A DNA stretch of 63,231 bases, filler included, from Craspedostauros australis (taxonomy: Eukaryota), in assembly GCA_030167865.1 (NCBI GenBank). It is 14 parts of 14 records of this genome, joined end to end, with 100 filler letters (N's around TTAATTAATTAA, not from the genome) between each part and the next. Parts side by side here need not be neighbours in the genome. Positions count along the whole stretch, not along the records: positions 46,634 to 61,014 come from JALAGF010001085.1; positions 61,115 to 63,231 come from JALAGF010001086.1; 12 more parts are not named here. One strand, given 5' to 3'. Every line of letters starts with the position of its first letter. The first letter of the stretch is position 1. Made by a program: the position numbers and the translations under genes. Positions 55,801 through 63,231 of the stretch are shown here, piece after piece. A model generated the notes under the pieces. That model saw only the letters and a program-made list of their open reading frames with translations. It made no database searches and was not told where the DNA came from.

Positions 55801-58005
55801 TGATGATCGGTTCCGGAATGATGATTGTATTTTGTGGAGCGGTGATCGACGGTGATCCGCATGGCGAGGCCCATCAAGTTTTTCATTGTTGGCAGCGTGA
55901 TGCTGTTGCTCGTTGTTGGTGGAGTGGATGGTATTGCGGCCAGTGGGCGCCTTGGGGCTTTTGGATGGAAGTCTGCTGCTGCGACGCGGTGGCCGTTGAT
56001 CGATGATGGTGGATTCATTGCTGTCATGGAGCTTGTCGTCATGCTTGGCTGCCGTTCGGTTGTCTCTACGTCGCTGGGTTTGGCGAGGCGAAGGTTGCAA
56101 GTGACTTGACAAGGTGAGGTCGTTGCGACTGCCCGACGATACGTGCAGACTCTGCGACAAGGAGTCGTTGCTCTTGCGGCGCCTGGCTCTGTTGGTGGAT
56201 TGATGGCTGCTGTGCGCCTGCAGCCTGTCGTTGCGCGTTCGGGAGCCTCTCGATCGTGACCTTGGCGGATTCTGAGTGGAGTTCTTTCGCTGATGCGACC
56301 GATCCGGCGTCTGCGATTGCGCTGGCGACGGCGACGGTTGCTGTTGCTGTTTCTTTTGCAAGTAGCGCTGGTCTACCGGTGATATTGGAACAGAAGTGGA
56401 GGCCTTGCTGGCCTCGTCGCTCGCCTCCGGCACAAGACCCAGCCAGCTCTCGGATTGCTCATGAACCAGCCTTCGACGCGGCAGGCCCGATGACAGCGTC
56501 GAGACGGTGGAGGCCATCGACGGATGGGATTGGTTGGGATCAAACTCGGAGGAGCTGGACAGCACCGTCTTCGCCGTCGCCTTGCTGAGATTGCCGATCG
56601 ACTGCTGACGGATCATGGGCTTCGTTGCCTGAACGTGTTCATCGTTGCTAGCATCGGCTGTTGATGTTGATGCCGATGGCTGGTCCTTGCGTTGCGCATG
56701 CGGGCGCCTCCTCGCCGAACCCGATCGTTTGCGCGATCTGGAGCTGGATCGCTGCTTGGCCCGTCGACGACCGGCACTGCGCCTGGAATCAAGCGAAGAC
56801 GGACGTTTGTGGACACCCTCGTTGGTGCTGGAATCCTGATCTTCGCCGTTGCTGTTGCTGCTGCCGTTGCTGCTGGAAAGCTTGCGTCGCCTCGATGATG
56901 CTGACAGCGTCGACGATTGGCGCTGGGGTCTGGGGTCCGATCCTGATCTGTTCCTTCTGTGACGGGCACCACTGACTTCCGACTGCTGCGTCCTGCTGCT
57001 GTCGCCATTCCCCTTCTGGTTCTGACTCTCGTGTTCCGTGCCACCATCACCATCCATCCCATCGTCATCAAGTGCGCTTTCCATGCTGCCCATGCTGCTC
57101 ATGCTGCGCTCGACTGTGTCGTCCACTGTGTCGTCGGCTGTATCGCCCTCACCCAAACGTTCGGAGGATGCTGTCGTGCCCAAGGTTGCAAAGGACTCAT
57201 CTCCGAAGGACGAATTGAAGGAGGTCCACGTATCGCCGCTGGCCACCGATTGGTGGTAGTTGGCCGAGTCCTTGCTGCTGCCTCTGTGAGTGGCACTAGG
57301 AGCCATGCCTCTTTTCTCGTTTGTGCTGCGCTGGCCGTCCTTTTCTCTGCCTCTGCCTCTACCCCTGCCTCTGCTTCGATCTCTGCCATTGTGGTTGTCC
57401 TTCTGGGATTGCTTGTTCGCTCTTGCATCGGTCTCACCGTCAACGTTAACGTTAAGGTCAACGTTAACATGAACGCCAACCCGATCATGCTGATGCTGGT
57501 CTTCCTCCCCCTGCTCTTGCTCCAGATCCAGATCGACAGTTCTGAATGACTGAGAGCGCATGAGATCGCGCTTCGAAGGCGCCAGCTTGATCAACTTGGG
57601 TCTCGCGCCGCGTTCCGCCTTGCCGTCACTCCCTTGGGTGCCATGGTTGCCACCATCATCAGCATTGCCATTGAGCTTGTCAGTGGCCGACGACCTGCGC
57701 TCCCTCGGCTTGCCATGGCCGGAGGAACCAGGAAGGCACTTCATGGAGACCCGACCGATGGAGGACCCGATTGCCCTCGCGCTGGTGCTGATGCTGGCAT
57801 TGCTCTGCTTCACCTGCATCGTGGGAATGCCCTGCGTTGCCTGAACGCCCTTTTGTCTGCTATTGGTGGCAGTGGTGTCTCCTGCCATGAGCGATCTGCT
57901 GCCTGACGGTCTCTTTGTGCTGCTGTTGCCGTCCTTGCCGTTCATGGAGGAACGACGCGCCAGGAAGCGGTTGGATGGCGGCTTCAGCTCGCGCACTTCC
58001 ATCAT
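52858..58005 (-). CDS. Very large intrinsically disordered protein with C-terminal MORN repeats
   Basis: About 1715-aa ORF; about 7-8 Y.G.F..G..HG.G units near the C-terminus; S/R/Q-rich N-terminal 1400 aa. Confidence 0.88.
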   Translation of the reverse strand: MMEVRELKPPSNRFLARRSSMNGKDGNSSTKRPSGSRSLMAGDTTATNSRQKGVQATQGIPTMQVKQSNASISTSARAIGSSIGRVSMKCLPGSSGHGKPRERRSSATDKLNGNADDGGNHGTQGSDGKAERGARPKLIKLAPSKRDLMRSQSFRTVDLDLEQEQGEEDQHQHDRVGVHVNVDLNVNVDGETDARANKQSQKDNHNGRDRSRGRGRGRGREKDGQRSTNEKRGMAPSATHRGSSKDSANYHQSVASGDTWTSFNSSFGDESFATLGTTASSERLGEGDTADDTVDDTVERSMSSMGSMESALDDDGMDGDGGTEHESQNQKGNGDSSRTQQSEVSGARHRRNRSGSDPRPQRQSSTLSASSRRRKLSSSNGSSNSNGEDQDSSTNEGVHKRPSSLDSRRSAGRRRAKQRSSSRSRKRSGSARRRPHAQRKDQPSASTSTADASNDEHVQATKPMIRQQSIGNLSKATAKTVLSSSSEFDPNQSHPSMASTVSTLSSGLPRRRLVHEQSESWLGLVPEASDEASKASTSVPISPVDQRYLQKKQQQQPSPSPAQSQTPDRSHQRKNSTQNPPRSRSRGSRTRNDRLQAHSSHQSTNRARRRKSNDSLSQSLHVSSGSRNDLTLSSHLQPSPRQTQRRRDNRTAAKHDDKLHDSNESTIIDQRPPRRSSRLPSKSPKAPTGRNTIHSTNNEQQHHAANNEKLDGPRHADHRRSPLHKIQSSFRNRSSKTATTDDKASTTEPSVQRSNSSDDLTKEEVDRSSHSRRRMQHTSTKMAASTRSLMPSASHKRDEASTGRQQQSEQPQKQHQQQPIGRSSSHSSKARRQHRRPRRSSMDTINTTTTSGAPPAFQSFTSSSPANVSDRNKNEADMPLAPIKRSNSEGSLADLKRVNSLFTQQSPHQPRFRRAPFPTRSRSQQRQPQQQQQRSRSSSLSRRRIPRRASMDSMAGPSSSNLGTSLHRTNARGLPGQGSLLDLRRRVYARHRSNSESSIFQLQNAVAAKAEGTSIGLAAHMAKSNDEIGDLGADTKDGENVNAVSKNELLVLLQALNERLARAVSAEHTQKSKGQQHDGKKVDKEDAAEQQRRRQSQTSEKNDMKMTKHMSRKEERKGRSETRQRKKSTSSRAIGLNGSVEDDRDSEEQPPSILKEIQDHVESSLKELGANSQVSESKPKAKSSGGRDEGTRRFQRHRKQLECDLSHTYLFQVIQHASMRDCDDVFKALADASFSDVESLNDGSRTTSLSLDRFIVMMKDSQDEYELNLSKYQHEDCEKDEDCHDLSRDDLGDTGRVDGSPGADMSPRHEVMQDSDEDETINDQEESDSEVNDDDVDDDDYDGLRSAHGKHDANNNDDDNTDDDDNCASQCSVDSSYFSLHYEETEHTTRSVSLNLRGDQFVPTSPSQRTERTNRSCTERSWSAMGSLPEGQQELESKTLLLSLDIMQRPIEPQDLDDDRIMVNDMEYDDDETGLRMKYSGMLSEESGKPCGHGKLQYLDRPSQQKRNPKHLKDLAKNHDFQLRWYKGQFVHGVKNGFGQSCYWSGATYKGFFSQNMKNGHGTLDFPDGRRFEGLFEKNVKLEGTMMYEDGSTYSGKFAHGVRHGSNGTYRFGNSALVYVGDFRKDQIEGQGTLTWPNGGKYVGAWKNGVRHGHGTEYRADGSLMRSGKWENGSLIEPEKFDEEPDAQSYEYDEAESNYDSDSDEESYELRPSDI

Positions 58006-59468
58006 CGTGGTGGGCTCAGCCAGAGTATTACTATTCACTCTCTCACACACACACACTCTCTCTCTCTCTCTCTATTGGTGGTTGTATGTTGTGCACAAAC
58101 ACTTCCTGAGTGCAACTATCTCTATTGCCTCTTGTCTATTTTCTCTTGTCTATTGCTTCTTGTCTCTTGTCGCTATTTGTGCACAACGCAACTTGGTCCA
58201 GCTCAGACAAGAATGGAAAGAGCTGGGCAAGAAAGTGCTTCGACTTTCTTCCCTTCGTGTCTGTGCCTGTGTGGATGCGATGATCGTTCCCCTTGGATTT
58301 TGTCTCTCGTTTTCGTTGCGTGTTTTGAGTGATCTTTCGCGCCAACACTGTGACTTTGTTGCGACAGCGTGCTCGGAGCGTTTGGCGTTGCTGCGAATCA
58401 TCCTCGTCGCTCGGATGCGAGTATTCGTGGAATCCTCCGCAATTCTTCCACTACCCAAGCGCGCTGCCATGATTCTCAACGACGGAGACCGTTGGATCTC
58501 GTCGTGAGCGCATGGAGCAAGGGGAGCATAAGCCAGACATTTAAACGGTTTGTCGTCTGAATGCGGCCCACTGTTCGCTCAGGGCGCAACATGACAAGCC
58601 CAATCGAAACGAGGTTACTGCGCGGGGCACAAACAACCGCAACCAAAGCGATCTCAACAGGTGTTCGATGTCTGCGCATGGTTTCTGAATGTTCGTCAAC
58701 CGTTTCGCAGCCGGCATAAATAAACAGGTTGGGCGCACACTTTTTGATGACAACGGACGAAGGCGAGAAGCATCTATCCATTGGTCGTGAAATTTCAGCT
58801 TAAGCCTCGAGTGAATTTCGAGTCGCCGCACTACCACTGGATGGCACGGTGGTCACAAACTGGACGACGAGCGTGTCCGCGAAGCCAGCTCGTGTGTGTT
58901 GAAGGTTGACCGTGTTTGACACAATCCAAAAACATCAATGAGATCGTGAACACCGCATCAAGCAATTGTGTGATGACCATCTTCGTGAGATCAGTCATAT
59001 GAGTCGTACGAATCTCTCGCGATGTCCAGAAATGACGACGAAGCTCGCACGACTACTTTTGCGGGACTGGAAGAAGGCCTCCCTGTCGCTCCACAAAATC
59101 GCACGAAACGGTAACATCGACGTCGTTGCGATTGAACAGGATCGTTGCAGAACAAGAGGCAGGGATCATGCCGGTGCCAACAGGGTGTGGAACCATCTCA
59201 GCCTCGTCACAGGGTCTGATCATGTCGGCGATGCGACGGGTGCGAGAGAGAGAGAGAGATCAACTGGAGTCAAGTTCATGCACGTCCCTGGAGTCTCAAG
59301 CATGTGCTCTCTGCTATGTACGAGCCACGATCTATGTTATACCCTGTGTTCTCTATGCAACTGTGTCGCTGTGCATGGCTGCGTATCGCTCACATTGCTC
59401 TGCGGGTGGAGCCTCTACACCAGGGGGCACGTATAGTACACGTACAGTACACGAATAGGACACGCATT

Positions 59469-61014
59469 CTACTTCGAATCATTCGTGCTGAAGTTGATCA
59501 CCTTGTTCGTGCCCCGGGGCATGTCATCCCTCAGCTCCTTCGACCAGCCTTCTCCGGCCACCTCCAAGTACTCCGTCAAGAACAGGTCGGCCTCCGAACG
59601 CTCCTGATCGAACTGGAACAGATTCACCACGATGTGATCACGTCCGTCCCAAACGCTCACCACGGTTCCTTCCACGCAACGCGCCACCACCACAACACCG
59701 TCACCGACATCATCGTAAACCCGCATGGATTTCACGGTGAAGTCGACATCCTCGTCCTCCATCACGCTCGTCATGATGGAGGCGATGTTGGGGCTGTTAT
59801 CGTGGTCCTTGCTGCTGCGTCCAAGCTGCAGCACAGACTGACGACCGAAGGCGAGCTGGTCCTTCAGCTGCTGTTTCTCAGCACTCAGATCGTAGTCTCG
59901 TTGCGAAAACAGTGTCGCGTTGAACTCGTCGTTGTCGAGGTATCTCAGCGTTCCACCTTGCATGACGCTTGGCTTGACCATGAAGGTGTCACCGTACTTG
60001 GTGGCGATGGTGTCCTCCACACGTCGGATGCGAGGGAAGGTATCATTCATGTCCACAGTGAGGATGGACAGCTCGAATGCAGGAGCATCCATCTTGGCGC
60101 GCTTGGGTTGGACGATGATTTCGGTTCTGGTCAGAGGGTCGATGTCGAGCTTCAAGCGGATCTGCTTGAGAGTGTTGCGACGCCATTCATCCTTCGTGGA
60201 GTCTGGAAGGATGGAGACGTAGAGAGGCACGACCGTGTTCTGGAAGATGTTGCGTCGGAATGTCCAGAAGCTCGTGAAGATGCGTGCCATGGCGTACGGT
60301 GCTTCCGCATCCAGGATGACAGCTCCGATGGGTTGGTTGTGCTCGCGGATGGCGGATTTGATCTCATCCTCGATCGAATGGCGGCATTCATGCAAGTCAG
60401 CAAGGTTGCTGTTGTTGACATCGCCGTCTCCGAAGATGAGGGACTCCATCTCAGGACAGACATGGACCGGGACGATCTTCAACAATCCACTGCTGTTGTT
60501 GCTGTTGCTGTTGCTCTTCTCCAATGCGGAGGCAGAAAGACACCTGCTGGATTGGCTGCCACAGAACACAACCACCATGGAGCCATCCGCAACATCCATC
60601 GCATCCGTGATGGCACCCAGCGATGTCGCAAGGAAGTCATCGTCAGCCATCAGGCTTTCGATGGTGGCTGCAGCTGCAGGTGTTGGAGTGGTGCCGGTGG
60701 TAGTGGCAGATGGAACAGCCGCAGTTGCATCCTCCTCGGACGTATCACACTTGCGGGTGTGAGTGGTGAGATCTGGACCAATGAGCTTCGTGTCTTCCTC
60801 CCACGAGTTGTTGCCGTACATTCCAGACACGATGACGCGGTACGACGAGACGGAGCCCTTTACGGCATCGTTGCCGGCTCCGAGAGCCTTCACCAACGCC
60901 GTTCGTGTGGCGTCCATCTTCTCGAAGCGTCCCCACAGATGGATGTCCAATCCAACGTACGATCGTCCCTTCCACCAGCGGGCGATCACGTATCCCTCCG
61001 CCATCATGATCACG
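59469..61014 (-). CDS. C-terminal part of a probable diatom AdoMetDC-like/aminopropyltransferase fusion protein (long-chain polyamine pathway)
   Basis: EGYVIAR.W....Y.GLDIHLW..F.K...SSYR.I..GM.G..SW..D...IGP and terminal VGDG.V.V....EG.V..VWDGR.HI.VNLF...RD..PRG..KVINF blocks, recognised from memory of this family; the catalytic N-terminal part is beyond the contig break. Confidence 0.65.
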
Positions 61015-61114
61015 NNNNNNNNNNNNNNNNNNNNNNNNNNNNNNNNNNNNNNNNNNNNTTAATTAATTAANNNNNNNNNNNNNNNNNNNNNNNNNNNNNN
61101 NNNNNNNNNNNNNN

Positions 61115-61749
61115 TTGTTGTTGTTAAGTTATTGTTGTATTCAATTGATGATTGATGAGATTTGTGAGAACAAGATCTCATTCATCCTAAGTTGATGCAT
61201 TATGCATCATTTCTACTATCTTGCCCGATTCTACTGTTGTTCATCATCGGGTCTTCCTACTATTCTGCTCGATGTCGCCGTGGTCCATCGTGCATGATTC
61301 CTACTTTGTTGCCCAAGGTTGCTGGCTGCTTTGCGCAGTATCCCGTGTTATCTCTCCTCTTGGGTCTTTATTCATCTCTGTCTGAGCCTGCCTAGTCTTG
61401 GACTCTCTTGGTGTCCATATATCTCAGCCTGTCGATGTCAGCAGATTGCTTGCATCATCCCTGACATCATATGACTATCTCCTAATTGTTGTTACCACGT
61501 GCTCACTGATGCACCTGGCGTCACTAGACAAGTCAGCATAACATGACTATCACTTATTCTTGATCCCTCGGACCTCAGTGACGGTCCTCTGATGTCAGTC
61601 TCTGATGTCAGTTCCTACATCAGTTCTGATGACAGCAGGACCCGAACACCATTCGCATCATCAAGACTCATCCGACTATACTATCAATCGAGTCGAATCA
61701 CGTTTCAGTCATGTGAGATGTTAGCCTAAATTCGATCTAGATGTTGACA
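61115..61749 (-). mobile_element. LTR family C, copy 2
   Basis: Appears identical to 46634-47268. Confidence 0.9.
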
Positions 61750-62058
61750 AGTAAATGAACGGAGTGTCGAATGCGGAGTACGCATCGAGCACAGAATGAC
61801 GCACGGAGTAAACACGTGCTATTGAGAGAGAGAGAGAATGAGTAAGAGCAAGAGAGCATCTCGCGTACCGACTCATAGTCGGGAACGTTTCGGATTAAAC
61901 CAATCTGTGAAGAGACAGACGCGCCGAGAGCATCGGGAAAGACTACGGAGACACCGAGAGGATCAGAGTGCTTCAACTAATGAAATAGCAAACAGAGAAA
62001 CAGCAACCACCACCGTCTTACACGTTCGTAGGCTATCCAACATCGGGACACGCCAACA
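61750..62058 (+). mobile_element. LTR family B, 3' part of a 5' LTR
   Basis: Aligns with about 26230-26500 (GA tract, ACTCATAGTCGG, AATGAAATAGCAAAC, CAACCACCACCGTC); ends GCCAACA upstream of gag. Confidence 0.8.
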
Positions 62059-62137
62059 CGTTTATAAACGATAGATCAGGGCGAGCCCGTGGATCAGATC
62101 GTGCGGAGACGACACGTTCAGGAGAGCAGCAGGCTGA

Positions 62138-62845
62138 ATGAGCGAGGAAGAGGAATTGAAAGACATCCCTCTGTCCACCCCGGCTATCAAGCAAGAAGAA
62201 GGTGCGAGTGCGACTCGACCTCAACCACAGAAGGAAGTGGGTGCGCCCACTGTCCTGTCTAGCGCAGAAGCAGGCGCAATCGACGAGACCGAAGAGGTAC
62301 GGTCTGCGAGACTACGGCGAGAGCAGAAGAGCATTCTCAAGAGCGTCAAACAAGAGGAGACTGGTGTGGCGAAGAGCATTCGCACGGCCAAACAGGGTGT
62401 AGAAAGTGAGACACCATCAGGAGGAGAAATTGTGACGAAAACAATCTCCGCGCAATTACAAGCAGAAATCGAAAAAGTGGTCACACGAAAACAAGCAGAA
62501 ACAAGGAGCGTGCGCGCACCACCAACGAAACAACGAATCAAGATGGCGACGCCAGCCAACACGAACAAGCGATGCATCAAGGCGCCGATGTTCAGCAGTG
62601 ACCAAGAAGACTATAACGCATGGGAGTCCCAGGCAAGAGCGTACGCGCGTACGCAGAAGACACGAGACGTGATGTTGGGCAAGACGAAGATCCCAACAGT
62701 AAGTGAGATCGAGGCAGCCGCCAACGACGACAAGGAAGAGATGGAAGAGATTCATGACCTGGCAGCCGACTGTTTCAGCGATCTAATTCTCATGATGGAT
62801 GCAGAGAAAGGAAAGGGCAAGCAAGCCATCCAATACATCAACCAA
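62138..62845 (+). mobile_element. Copia gag N-terminus, interrupted by an insertion
   Basis: PMFS.DQEDY.AW.SQ..AYA...K..DV.LG...IP...CFSDLIL.M copia Gag pattern downstream of LTR B. Confidence 0.8.
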
Positions 62846-63231
62846 TGTGATAATCAGCAATTCAATACAGGACAGGCACCAAACACTGCACTTACTCCTC
62901 CGCCAGGGTGATCAATCCGTCAGGTGAAGTTGGTGTGTTTGGTGATAGTTGTTGCTAAGTTATGGTTGTATTCAATTGATGATTGGGTTTGGATTATGAG
63001 ATGATGATCTCCTATTTCTAAAGATGGTGCCTATTGCACGGTTGCTAACGCGCTGCTCGATTACCTCGTGGTTTCTCTCGCAGTCTTTTCTAAAACATTG
63101 CCCAAGATGGCATGTTGATTTACACGATATCCCGTGTTATTCTTGCTCTTGGGTCTTTCTTCATCTCTCCTGGTCTTGCCTAATCTTGATCTCTGTTTGA
63201 TCACATATGGATTGATCCGTCTACGTCGACG
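62846..63231 (-). mobile_element. LTR related to family C (diverged), inserted in gag; runs off the window
   Basis: Starts TGTGA at the gag break; from about 62948 aligns with 46634 onward (GTTG.TAAGTTAT.GTTGTATTCAATTGATGATTG, TTGCCCAAG, TATCCCGTGTTAT, CTCTTGGGTCTTT). Confidence 0.75.

Noticed and set aside
59304..61070. 588-aa plus-strand ORF
   Set aside because: Antisense shadow of the minus-strand gene; V/H/L-rich composition is typical of reverse-frame translation.

Overview
Eukaryotic genomic DNA, very probably from a diatom. The basis is CoDi-type Ty1/copia and Ambal-type non-LTR elements, an AdoMetDC/aminopropyltransferase-fusion-like gene, GT-AG introns and PT-rich secreted proteins. 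The window is not contiguous: 14 contigs are joined by 13 artificial 100-bp linkers (N44-TTAATTAATTAA-N44), so neighbourhoods are meaningful only within a contig. Host genes include a PI-PLC-like surface protein, mucin-like and Cys-rich secreted proteins, an ankyrin protein, a spondin-domain protein, a SASA acetylesterase, two tandem DUF2306-like membrane paralogs, a sulfatase with an 18-nt micro-exon, a membrane-anchored Rid/YjgF-like protein and a giant MORN-repeat protein. About a third of the window is nested retroelements, with at least three recurring LTR families (called A, B and C here). The best novel signal is a 208-bp non-coding mobile element at 48460-48667. It carries an internal tRNA-like Pol III cassette, has TATYAG inverted termini and is flanked by an exact 5-bp TSD that splits an otherwise open copia RT. 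Second, two different LTR families have a perfect 12-bp palindrome (CGTTTNNAAACG) exactly where a tRNA primer-binding site should be. All protein family calls are by-eye motif recognition, not database hits.
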